Positions 1 to 7,425 of a stretch of DNA of 64,000 nucleotides are shown piece after piece. A program made the position numbers and the translations under genes. Numbering within the stretch: the first letter of the stretch is position 1; the number at the start of each line of letters is the position of its first letter. The DNA is taken from IMG/VR virus record IMGVR_UViG_3300045988_137242, one strand, 5' to 3'. The stretch comes from a virus. A model generated the notes under the pieces. It saw nothing but the letters and a program-made list of their open reading frames with translations, searched no databases and was not told the origin of the DNA.

Positions 1-138
1 ATGTGTACTAAATGCTTGATGCCTTTTCCACATAAGAGTGCTCTGAGGTGAATTGTCAAGCGGTAATTGATATTTTACGGCTACACCTAATGCCAACCAA
101 TCTAATTCGAGCACGACTTCTTCATTATTATCTTAATT

Positions 139-165
139 TCACCAAGGAGAGGAGGGTTAGTTACT
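139..165. repeat. 27-nt perfect direct repeat, copy 1 (copy 2 at 2343-2369; degenerate third copy at 6459-6486)
   Basis: TCACCAAGGAGAGGAGGGTTAGTTACT (+ strand) is identical at 139-165 and 2343-2369. In both places it overlaps the stop codon of a minus-strand ORF and extends downstream of it. Confidence 0.9.
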
Positions 166-394
166 AAAGTGCATCAAAATCTTTTTCGACTCTGTGAAAA
201 GCATTTTCTATAGCTTTCTTTATAGCGTCAGACTCTTGCGGTGCAAACTCTCTTATATCTCGCAATGCACAACCGAGATTGCGTTCATTAAAATCTTTGT
301 TGTTATTATTTTCGCAATATCTACTGATTGTTATGCGGTAAGTTTCTATGAAGTCACTTAACCGGTTAGCTAATTCTAATTTTGTTCTATCCAT
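164..394 (-). CDS. hypothetical protein (76 aa)
   Basis: Track ORF in a tightly packed minus-strand operon. No motif recognised. Confidence 0.5.
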   Translation of the reverse strand: MDRTKLELANRLSDFIETYRITISRYCENNNNKDFNERNLGCALRDIREFAPQESDAIKKAIENAFHRVEKDFDAL

Positions 395-408
395 GTTCTA
401 TTTATGAT

Positions 409-564
409 TCATTCTACTTCTGCTGTCTTCCAGTCTGGGTAGCCGCCCAAGTCCTTCTCTTCACCACAATTCATTTCCAGCCAGTCTATTAGGCTATCCT
501 TTACTTCTTCTCTGTCTTCTGAGTCGTCATATGATTCAATGACAACTGTAAATTTGTATTTCAT
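409..564 (-). CDS. small highly acidic protein (51 aa), paralog of 2727-2885
   Basis: MKYKFTVVIESYDDSEDREEV... has 16 D/E against 6 K/R. It is 46/51 identical to the second copy. The start is trimmed to MKYKF, where near-perfect nucleotide identity with the paralog region (541-600 vs 2862-2920) is centred. Confidence 0.65.
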   Translation of the reverse strand: MKYKFTVVIESYDDSEDREEVKDSLIDWLEMNCGEEKDLGGYPDWKTAEVE

Positions 565-592
565 ATTACTATTTTTTTGTGCCCGAAGGCTG

Positions 593-688
593 TTAAACAA
601 TCTTTGCCGCAATAGCTGAAATAGCTATTACGAGATATATTACGAATCCTAAAATCAGTCCTTGCATCAAATCATCTATACCTTTCAT
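593..688 (-). CDS. possible 31-aa single-pass membrane peptide
   Basis: My own translation gives MKGIDDLMQGLILGFVIYLVIAISAIAAKIV. It fills the gap between neighbouring ORFs and is below the track cutoff. Confidence 0.35.
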   Translation of the reverse strand: MKGIDDLMQGLILGFVIYLVIAISAIAAKIV

Positions 689-690
689 AT

Positions 691-1050
691 CTACACCTCC
701 ATTTCGTGATTAAGTCCTATACCAAAGAGAAAGTGTTGCAGGTCTGAAACACAACCAATGTATTTACCAAAACCAAACCCACCAATAACAATAGACCATT
801 TATGAGTTTCCCATTCTCGTGACACAATACTAAATTTATGCTTTGGATGTATATAATTATAATCGGAGACTTTCTCCCATCCATTCTTCTCCAGAATCTC
901 TGAAGTAAGAGGAACTCCAGATAATCTTACTGGGCTTACGGGATGCCTTACATAAGATAATTCATAACCATTTGATGCAAGTATATCTATAATTGTATGT
1001 ATTCTGTTTTCATACATAACAACATCACCGATAATATATTCCTGTTTCAT
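691..1050 (-). CDS. hypothetical protein (119 aa), paralog of 3069-3449
   Basis: Shares MKQ(E/K)YIIGD(V/I)VMY at the N-terminus, an ILEKNGW core and an SDLQH..FG..L..EMEV C-terminus with 3069-3449. Confidence 0.65.
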   Translation of the reverse strand: MKQEYIIGDVVMYENRIHTIIDILASNGYELSYVRHPVSPVRLSGVPLTSEILEKNGWEKVSDYNYIHPKHKFSIVSREWETHKWSIVIGGFGFGKYIGCVSDLQHFLFGIGLNHEMEV

Positions 1051-1055
1051 ACGCT

Positions 1056-1289
1056 TTACTTTTTACGATGATTATACTTCTTTATAGCATCCTTCCTTGA
1101 AGCAGCCATAATTTTTACTCCCTTTATGGTGAACTCATGTTGCACCTTTGGCTTACATTTCTGTTTGTCAGAAGGTAAACTAACTTTTGGGGTGTTAGGT
1201 ACTACACGTGGAGTCCTAAATGGAAAATCATCCATTTGATAATCTAACCATGCATTTTGCATTTCAATCATTGATAATAATCCTCCCAT
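1056..1289 (-). CDS. hypothetical protein (77 aa)
   Basis: Track ORF, same strand, 5-nt spacing to the downstream gene. Confidence 0.5.
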   Translation of the reverse strand: MGGLLSMIEMQNAWLDYQMDDFPFRTPRVVPNTPKVSLPSDKQKCKPKVQHEFTIKGVKIMAASRKDAIKKYNHRKK

Positions 1290-1299
1290 ACGCTTTATT

Positions 1300-1464
1300 T
1301 TAATTACGTTTTATACGAAATTCATAACATTCAAATGCGAGACTTGGAAATACTTGCATTTCCGTCCAATCACTTTTAAAATTAATATCTCTAAACTCTA
1401 TTGTCTTACCTTCACTGAATGCTTTAATAATAGGCAATAACCTTTTTGCTTCTTCTCTTCTCAT
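1300..1464 (-). CDS. hypothetical protein (54 aa)
   Basis: My own translation gives MRREEAKRLLPIIKAFSEGKTIEFRDINFK... It fills an otherwise empty gap in the operon. Confidence 0.4.
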   Translation of the reverse strand: MRREEAKRLLPIIKAFSEGKTIEFRDINFKSDWTEMQVFPSLAFECYEFRIKRN

Positions 1465-1467
1465 TGT

Positions 1468-1605
1468 TCAATCCTCTAATTCTTTAAGCATTTCATTCAA
1501 ATTCTTTTTAACTCTCATTAGTGCAATGTAACCTCTATCAGCATCAATATCTGGAATTTCTAATAAAGAGTCTTTAATTAACTCAATAACTTTTTCTTTG
1601 CTCAT
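1468..1605 (-). CDS. hypothetical protein (45 aa)
   Basis: My own translation gives MSKEKVIELIKDSLLEIPDIDADRGYIALMRV... Its start overlaps the stop of 1602-1877 (ATGA). Confidence 0.4.
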   Translation of the reverse strand: MSKEKVIELIKDSLLEIPDIDADRGYIALMRVKKNLNEMLKELED

Positions 1606-1877
1606 TGCTTATCCTCCTCAATTTCTTTCTTAATCTTATCAAGTAAAGAACCTTTTGCCTTAATCTCAACTATAGGATTTCCTTCCACTATGATATTCAT
1701 TGTATCAGTTTTATTTTCGATACAGAATCTATCTAACTTCCAAGTAATGAGCGCAATGATTTCGCTATCTGTTATTTTTCTTCTGTCCGATAGCATTAAA
1801 TTAGGGTCTATTTTAGAGACCTTTGCTATATAGGCATTAAATAATGCCGGACATATCTTATAGTCTTTTGCTGCCAT
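1602..1877 (-). CDS. hypothetical protein (91 aa)
   Basis: Track ORF in the operon. No motif recognised. Confidence 0.5.
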   Translation of the reverse strand: MAAKDYKICPALFNAYIAKVSKIDPNLMLSDRRKITDSEIIALITWKLDRFCIENKTDTMNIIVEGNPIVEIKAKGSLLDKIKKEIEEDKQ

Positions 1878-1928
1878 AATCTGTTATTTTTTTGTTCTAA
1901 CTTGTCTTTAATTATCTTTTCTTGTTGA

Positions 1929-2279
1929 TTACGCTAAGGTCTTTATTAACAGACAAGAATCTTTGGTATATGGCTTATACCCTCTTCTTAGATACCAATC
2001 CAGGATATAATCAGGTGATTCTTCTTTATCAAACTCCAAACCAATGGTTTTTACTCCATTAAACATAGCCTGTTTCTCTGCAAGATGTAGCAAGAAGTTT
2101 CCAACGCCACATCTTCTATGGTTCTTTCCGACAAAAAGAGCATATATTAAAGCATCTGCCTTACCACTGATACTGCTATCATAAGATGGAATGGATATTT
2201 GTACAGAGCTATTGGTATCAATAGCTACTATGAGAATGCGAGTCTCATTTTTCCATTTTTGCTTTTGAATATGTATCAT
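1929..2279 (-). CDS. GNAT-family N-acetyltransferase (short, 116 aa)
   Basis: GNAT motif A-like segment LFVGKNHRRCGVGNFLLHLAEKQA, followed by GLEFD...WYLRRGY. Confidence 0.6.
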   Translation of the reverse strand: MIHIQKQKWKNETRILIVAIDTNSSVQISIPSYDSSISGKADALIYALFVGKNHRRCGVGNFLLHLAEKQAMFNGVKTIGLEFDKEESPDYILDWYLRRGYKPYTKDSCLLIKTLA

Positions 2280-2342
2280 ATTTGCTTTGTATTTTATAAC
2301 ACTTTGGAATAGTTTATTCTCTTTTTTACCCTCTCCCTGCTG

Positions 2343-2369
2343 TCACCAAGGAGAGGAGGGTTAGTTACT
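2343..2369. repeat. 27-nt perfect direct repeat, copy 2
   Basis: Identical to 139-165. It overlaps the stop codon of ORF 2365-2694. Confidence 0.9.
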
Positions 2370-2694
2370 CTACTACTTTCTCAAGGGAAAAATAATCAAT
2401 TCTCCAAGCTTCGTTTGCGTATTGATAAGGTTCTCCATTTTTCTTTATTTTTCGGATAAGAAAATGAACCTTGATTTCATTCTTGCCAAGCAAGATGGCG
2501 TCTTTAAGACGTTCTATTAAAAAGATATTGCCATCTTTATCTTTCACCTTGTCACCTTTCTGAAAAGGTAACAAACTTAGAAAGTCGTTCATTATATCAT
2601 TCTTCTTTTTGCGAAGCTCTAATATTTGTGAATCCACTATCTTTAAACAACCGTTTATATTCTGTAATTCGTTGTATAATTCTACTTCTGTCAT
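2365..2694 (-). CDS. hypothetical protein (109 aa)
   Basis: Track ORF. It occupies the same cassette position as 164-394 but is unrelated in sequence. Confidence 0.5.
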   Translation of the reverse strand: MTEVELYNELQNINGCLKIVDSQILELRKKKNDIMNDFLSLLPFQKGDKVKDKDGNIFLIERLKDAILLGKNEIKVHFLIRKIKKNGEPYQYANEAWRIDYFSLEKVVE

Positions 2695-2726
2695 ACTACT
2701 ATCTATTTATATCCTTTGCAGGATGG

Positions 2727-2885
2727 TTAGTCTTCTACTTCTGCTGTCTTCCAATCTGGGTAGCCACCTAAATCTTTTTCATCACCGCAATTCATTTCCA
2801 GCCACTCTTGTAAACAGTCCTTAACGGTTTCTCTATCTTCTGAATCATCATATGATTCAATGACAACTGTAAATTTGTATTTCAT
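2727..2885 (-). CDS. small highly acidic protein (52 aa), paralog of 409-564
   Basis: MKYKFTVVIESYDDSEDRETVKDCLQEWLEMNCGDEKDLGGYPDWKTAEVED. The start is trimmed as for copy 1. Confidence 0.65.
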   Translation of the reverse strand: MKYKFTVVIESYDDSEDRETVKDCLQEWLEMNCGDEKDLGGYPDWKTAEVED

Positions 2886-2913
2886 ATTACTATTTTTTTG
2901 TGCCCGAAGGCGG

Positions 2914-3066
2914 TTAAACACCCAACATTCTATCAATAAATCTTTTCACAATTTCCACTGCCCTATACTCTTCTACTCTTATCCTTTTTTCGTATCTGTT
3001 ACAAAGCAAGTTCAATGAACCTCTAAGATTTATTAAATCTTCTTCAGCAAGCTTATCATTATTCAT
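2914..3066 (-). CDS. hypothetical protein (50 aa)
   Basis: My own translation gives MNNDKLAEEDLINLRGSLNLLCNRYEKRIRVEEY... It sits between the two cassette paralogs. Confidence 0.35.
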   Translation of the reverse strand: MNNDKLAEEDLINLRGSLNLLCNRYEKRIRVEEYRAVEIVKRFIDRMLGV

Positions 3067-3068
3067 AC

Positions 3069-3449
3069 CTACACCTCCATTTCAGAAATTAGATTTAGAC
3101 CAAAGAAAAGGTGCTGTAAGTCTGAAACGCTTTCTACGTCTCTTAACCATACAATAGCATCATTTACTACTTTATAGGCTGAGTAACCATCAATCTTTTC
3201 ACATAGTCTTATATGATAGTTATCATTAATATAATCACCTTTTTCTTCTCTCCATCCATTCTTCTCTAAAATATCAGGAGTAAGACTTACTGGCTTTATC
3301 TCATCAACACCAACAAAGCAATACACCAATCCTTCTTCGAGGCAAGACAAATCAAAGTGGATTCCATCCCTTGGCTCTTTGACAACCATGATTTTGTTGT
3401 CATACATAACAATATCACCGATAATATATTTCTGTTTCATACGCTTCAC
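3069..3449 (-). CDS. hypothetical protein (126 aa), paralog of 691-1050
   Basis: See 691-1050. The shared N- and C-terminal blocks are conserved. Confidence 0.65.
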   Translation of the reverse strand: MKRMKQKYIIGDIVMYDNKIMVVKEPRDGIHFDLSCLEEGLVYCFVGVDEIKPVSLTPDILEKNGWREEKGDYINDNYHIRLCEKIDGYSAYKVVNDAIVWLRDVESVSDLQHLFFGLNLISEMEV

Positions 3450-3811
3450 TTCTTATGATTACTATACTTATCCTTATCTTCATCATAAGGACATTTAAAC
3501 ATCAAAGGACAAATTCCACAAGGTGTAATCTGTCTTTCCTGACAATTATTTCTTAAATTATAGCCCCTTCGCTTTATAAACTGTACGTTCTTTAATTTCT
3601 TGAAAATTATATTCTTTTCATCTGAGCGTCTTTCTCTATTGCAATATCCATAAATATGCTTACTGTTTTCACAATAAAAACCATTAAAGATACAGCCTTT
3701 GCAACGATGATTCATCATATTATGATCTGTAACCTCTTGAACTTCTATCAAAAGGAGGCCATCTTTACCTTTTGGAATAATGAATCTATCGCCAACTTTA
3801 AACTCTTTCAT
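3446..3811 (-). CDS. Cys-rich hypothetical protein (121 aa)
   Basis: CKGCIFNGFYCENSKHIYGYC and CGICPLMFKC clusters. Overlaps its neighbours by 4 and 14 nt. Confidence 0.5.
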   Translation of the reverse strand: MKEFKVGDRFIIPKGKDGLLLIEVQEVTDHNMMNHRCKGCIFNGFYCENSKHIYGYCNRERRSDEKNIIFKKLKNVQFIKRRGYNLRNNCQERQITPCGICPLMFKCPYDEDKDKYSNHKK

Positions 3812-4178
3812 TTTCTTTCTTTTTATAATCTAAACAGCCCTCTTCCATTGTCGGCATGATACGAAGGCCATTGTTTTCTACATCATCAATAAGTCCTTCT
3901 GATGCATGGAACGAATTGAATAATTTAGCGTGATACTTTAAACATATATTTATCTGGACTTCCTTTTCATACTCAGACTCATGCCCTGTCAGTGGATCGT
4001 AGCATACTCTTGTAATGGTCGTGAATTGTTCCGTTTGCTTATACCACTTACAGGAATAGCAAGCAGCGAGGTTGTGAGGTGATTTGCTGCAAAATCTTTC
4101 CTCATGTTTTATGCAGCCTCTTTCCGTAAGAAAGAGCTTGCCACAGTATGAGCATTGGTATGCATCTACTCTAATCAT
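3798..4178 (-). CDS. zinc-finger-like protein (126 aa)
   Basis: CSYCGKLFLTERGCIKHEERFC resembles a C2H2/C2HC finger. A further CYSC pair is present. Confidence 0.5.
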   Translation of the reverse strand: MIRVDAYQCSYCGKLFLTERGCIKHEERFCSKSPHNLAACYSCKWYKQTEQFTTITRVCYDPLTGHESEYEKEVQINICLKYHAKLFNSFHASEGLIDDVENNGLRIMPTMEEGCLDYKKKENERV

Positions 4179-4399
4179 TTCTCATCTCCTTTCTTCTTAG
4201 GAACATACTCATCTAACTCATCGTTATACTCATAGCAGTCTGGGCAGTAGTGATTATCACCAATTTCTACCCATTCGGATTCCATTGCTTGCTCTCTGGC
4301 TGAACAGATGTCAGTCCAAGCGATAATGGCATCATCTTCGCCAAAAGTCTTTCCACATCTGTCACAGACTACGGAATACATTGTAACTTCCTTAATCAT
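4175..4399 (-). CDS. zinc-ribbon protein (74 aa)
   Basis: CDRCGKTF ... HYCPDCY forms two CxxC pairs. Confidence 0.5.
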   Translation of the reverse strand: MIKEVTMYSVVCDRCGKTFGEDDAIIAWTDICSAREQAMESEWVEIGDNHYCPDCYEYNDELDEYVPKKKGDEK

Positions 4400-4409
4400 G
4401 ATAGCCTCC

Positions 4410-4817
4410 TTATATAATTAAATTAATCAATTCATTTACGTATAGCCATTTAGTCAAGCAATTTGCTTTAACTTCTACTTCCCACATTTCTTGATATGTG
4501 CTGCAAGTAGTATGATAGAACATATCTGGTAGGTTGTAGCTATTTCTGTAACCAGTTTCTATTGAACATACATAAATCTTTCCTTTATTAATATGAGGAA
4601 TTTCACTAACAGGATGCCACAAACCCTTCAAGAACTCTTCTTGCATCCATTTAGCACCAGCTTTATAAGCATCTGATAATTCTTCTATACCGTCGTATAT
4701 ATCACCCATTTGGTCTTCTATATACATACGATTTTCTTCTGCATAATGCTTAGCAGCTTCTTCTGCTCTTACGGTCATGCCGTTGTCGGCAGCTTCGATG
4801 ATAAATTCTTCAGTCAT
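4410..4817 (-). CDS. hypothetical protein (135 aa)
   Basis: Track ORF. No motif recognised. Confidence 0.5.
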   Translation of the reverse strand: MTEEFIIEAADNGMTVRAEEAAKHYAEENRMYIEDQMGDIYDGIEELSDAYKAGAKWMQEEFLKGLWHPVSEIPHINKGKIYVCSIETGYRNSYNLPDMFYHTTCSTYQEMWEVEVKANCLTKWLYVNELINLII

Positions 4818-4878
4818 ATTTTTAATCTTATTTTACATTTAACTTAATTAAGGTTGTATAAAACCTCTTTTGTGTTAA

Positions 4879-4914
4879 TACTTTTGCCTGTAAGGCGAAA
4901 CAACACTATATTTG
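4879..4914 (+). promoter_or_regulatory. two Bacteroides-type -7 boxes on the + strand (antisense to the operon)
   Basis: TACTTTTG at 4879-4886 and TATATTTG at 4907-4914 both match TAnnTTTG. The TTTG at 4883-4886 lies 20 nt upstream of the second box, as expected for a -33 element. Confidence 0.45.
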
Positions 4915-4916
4915 CA

Positions 4917-5123
4917 GTGCATTTTAATCAAGGAGTTATCTCCTCTCGGCGGCAAAGCCACCGCTCTCCGTCCGTTTCTCCAAAGAGAAAAGACACTGCC
5001 CTTAGTCCCGTGCTGAGGGCTTTTTCGTTGTGTGTCGGCTTCACATGACGACTTCCGTAAGCAATTCCGCTTCGGATGCAATAGCCGAGGAAGGAGGTAT
5101 ACTCCACTATGATTAAAATGCAC
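4917..5123 (+). ncRNA. candidate structured RNA or MITE-like element bounded by a 14-bp perfect inverted repeat
   Basis: GTGCATTTTAATCA (4917-4930) pairs with TGATTAAAATGCAC (5110-5123). Pairing extends imperfectly via GGAG/CTCC, CTCC/GGAG and CTCGGC/GCCGAG. Local hairpins are GGAGttatCTCC and TTTCTCcaaaGAGAAA. There is no credible ORF in this 440-nt gap. Confidence 0.45.
4998..5025 (+). terminator. intrinsic terminator-like hairpin plus T5 on the + strand
   Basis: GCCCTTAG-tcccgtg-CTGAGGGC forms an 8-bp stem. It includes a T-G pair that is only a valid wobble on the + strand. TTTTT follows. Confidence 0.55.
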
Positions 5124-5257
5124 AAAGAGAGCGGAGTGAAAGAGGTATATTGTCGATACATTATACGTAACGGCAAACGATACTACCCCAAAAGGGCAAA
5201 ATACTTTCATTTCTTCGTAAAGGCGTAATCGATGCGCTTTGACTCTTGGGGAGGTGT

Positions 5258-5479
5258 TCACGGGCATCTCCTTTTGTTTTGTCTTCTACACCTTGCTATA
5301 GCAACTCTTCTGTCGTGTCTATTCATAGGTATAACAGGAGTTTCAAAGCGTTCCATCATTTCATATCTACGTGTTTGAATATCATCATCTAATTGTTGAT
5401 TAGATGCAATATCCTTTGCTAATCTGCTAAAATTTTCTGCATCTATATTAGCAGATATAAAGCTATTGGTCTGTGGCAT
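5258..5479 (-). CDS. hypothetical protein (73 aa)
   Basis: Track ORF. Basic C-terminus. Confidence 0.45.
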   Translation of the reverse strand: MPQTNSFISANIDAENFSRLAKDIASNQQLDDDIQTRRYEMMERFETPVIPMNRHDRRVAIARCRRQNKRRCP

Positions 5480-5550
5480 TTCTTATTCCTCGTTAAGTTT
5501 AAACCAATACTCTCCGTTGGAGTCCTATGCTTGCTACGATTGATTTTTTT

Positions 5551-5940
5551 TCATTCTCCTATCTCCTGTTCTTTAAGGGTTTCAAAATCCTCCTCTGACT
5601 GGCAGTCGTAGATGACTACCGGGTAAGGTCCATAGTCAACAAAGGGTTTGTACATACTCTGTAGTATCACGCTCCTATCATAGAGGATGCTACCTATCAT
5701 TTCAAATCGTGCATCTGACAGCCTTCCGAGTTCGTGCAGTTTGTTTAAGTTTCTGACAAGAAAGAGTCGTGTCAGCTCCTCTTCATCCTTGATGTTGGAT
5801 GCGTAGACAACGAAGTGCTTCTTTGTCAGCACATCCCATATTGCTTTAATTATTTCCTTGATGTTCATTTTTTTTTTGCTTTCTGTTTGCCTTTGACAAG
5901 GCGGTTTTGATTCTACTGTCTTAATAGTAATCTCTTCCAA
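5551..5940 (-). CDS. hypothetical protein (129 aa; the start may instead be the internal MNIKEII)
   Basis: Track ORF. Overlaps the upstream gene by 20 nt if the first ATG is used. Confidence 0.5.
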   Translation of the reverse strand: MEEITIKTVESKPPCQRQTESKKKMNIKEIIKAIWDVLTKKHFVVYASNIKDEEELTRLFLVRNLNKLHELGRLSDARFEMIGSILYDRSVILQSMYKPFVDYGPYPVVIYDCQSEEDFETLKEQEIGE

Positions 5941-6415
5941 TCACTACATTCCATTTGTCTTTTGGGAAAACCCGACGGATAGTTTTGATACATTTATCAA
6001 GTTCATCGAGTGAGCAAAACGCATCAACCATGTCTCCTTCTTCGTTCCATTCCCATCTTTCAGTGTCTGATGCTTCCTCTTTTGTAAGAGGTCTAAGTAT
6101 ACTCGCCTTGAAACTCTGAAACTCGTTAGGAACTTCAATGCCATCAAGAAACCCTGCTACAGTTCTGTTTCCGCTTCTGTTTTCCACAGGAATATCAATG
6201 GTGCAATAATAATGCTGTGCCCCGCCACAATAACCAACAAAAGAAGTTATACGAAACGCTACATCACGCTTCCGCTCAGTATAAATACCTTTTGTAGTGT
6301 ATTGTACTCCATCAAGACTAAAGGAGAAACCTTCTCCTATTGTATTAGGAATAGGAGCTTCCATTTCTGTTATATCAGCTCCACGTTCCACTCGTATCAT
6401 TTCTTTCCAATTCAT
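5921..6415 (-). CDS. hypothetical protein (164 aa)
   Basis: Track ORF. No motif recognised. Confidence 0.55.
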   Translation of the reverse strand: MNWKEMIRVERGADITEMEAPIPNTIGEGFSFSLDGVQYTTKGIYTERKRDVAFRITSFVGYCGGAQHYYCTIDIPVENRSGNRTVAGFLDGIEVPNEFQSFKASILRPLTKEEASDTERWEWNEEGDMVDAFCSLDELDKCIKTIRRVFPKDKWNVVIGRDYY

Positions 6416-6458
6416 GTTTCTTTATCTTTGTTCCCTCCGCATAGCGCACAGAAGACGA

Positions 6459-6486
6459 ACGCTGCGAGGAGAGAGGGTTAGTATTA
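6459..6486. repeat. degenerate third copy of the GGAGAGGAGGGTTAGTTA motif
   Basis: GCTGCGAGGAGAGAGGGTTAGTATTAGG, compared with CAAGGAGAGGAGGGTTAGTTACT. Like the other copies it lies just downstream of a minus-strand stop codon. Confidence 0.5.
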
Positions 6487-6498
6487 GGATTGTCATAA

Positions 6499-7203
6499 TC
6501 AGTCCTCCTTATATGGTTCGGTTGTACCGAGAAGATGTTTGGTCTTCTCGTTGTAGGGAATACATTGAGCGTAACAACCAGACACTGTCATGTAAGGGTA
6601 ATCATCATCTTCTTCCTCGCTCTTGAATCCGAAAAGATTCGGCTTCCAATAATCCTGTTCACTATCCCTCACAAGAACCTTATCGAAGGGCTGAAACGTG
6701 TGACTGGGAGAATTGGCGGCTTCTTCCTCTCTAATGAGTTCGTCGATTTTCTCTTTAGTTATGCGAACATCATCTTCATTTTTCATCTTGCAGTACGACA
6801 AGGTACTTTGAATGCTGTATTTTACAAGCTTGGTTTCGGAAGTAAGACCGCAGGTTGATTCGAATGTCGTGTAGTCCTCGTCCACGAACTTTTTAAAAAC
6901 AACGATTTTTGGGAAAAACTTATCTGTGGTATTTACGAGAATATCGCCTTCTTTCCAGGCGAATTTAGACCAGTCTTTCATCTTCTTTGAGGGGAAGATA
7001 GTCATTTCCGCCTGCGCTTGATTTCTGCTTTCGAATTTTCCGTCTTTTGTAAAAGACCATGTGCCACAACTGCTGGAGCCAATGTCTATTATAATTTCTC
7101 CATGAAATTCATAGATTTTAGATAAAGATACGGTGCCGAAGATAGGGGTCCACAACTTCGTGCCTTTGGGTTTTTCTTTCAGTATTTCTGCGATATTTAT
7201 CAT
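6499..7203 (-). CDS. hypothetical protein (234 aa)
   Basis: Long track ORF on the operon strand. Confidence 0.6.
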   Translation of the reverse strand: MINIAEILKEKPKGTKLWTPIFGTVSLSKIYEFHGEIIIDIGSSSCGTWSFTKDGKFESRNQAQAEMTIFPSKKMKDWSKFAWKEGDILVNTTDKFFPKIVVFKKFVDEDYTTFESTCGLTSETKLVKYSIQSTLSYCKMKNEDDVRITKEKIDELIREEEAANSPSHTFQPFDKVLVRDSEQDYWKPNLFGFKSEEEDDDYPYMTVSGCYAQCIPYNEKTKHLLGTTEPYKED

Positions 7204-7218
7204 AATTGTTATTTTTAA

Positions 7219-7413
7219 TTAGTTTCTCATTAAATGTATTTTTGTTATTTTATGCACAGCATTGGGCTGCGCTTTGTTGAGTTCGGCTACAAGTTCTCGC
7301 TCGTAGTCGGCATGGGTGTACCACCGTTTAAGGCGGAGAGTGACTTCCGCCCGAATCCGACTGCCATCATCGAAAGTGAGGATAGCGTGACGGGATAACA
7401 TAAAATTTTGCAT
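7219..7413 (-). CDS. hypothetical protein (64 aa)
   Basis: Track ORF in the operon. Confidence 0.45.
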   Translation of the reverse strand: MQNFMLSRHAILTFDDGSRIRAEVTLRLKRWYTHADYERELVAELNKAQPNAVHKITKIHLMRN

Positions 7414-7425
7414 GATGTTCTGTTT

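Noticed and set aside
4917-5123. Retron msr/msd interpretation of the inverted-repeat-bounded element
   Set aside because: No reverse-transcriptase ORF is adjacent or anywhere in the window. It is retained only as a structural analogy within the sRNA/MITE finding.
4854-5267. ORFs of 64 aa (+), 130 aa (-) and 82 aa (-) in the operon gap
   Set aside because: They mutually overlap, are rich in Arg/Ser/Pro/Cys unlike neighbouring genes, and span hairpins and a terminator. The region is better explained as non-coding.
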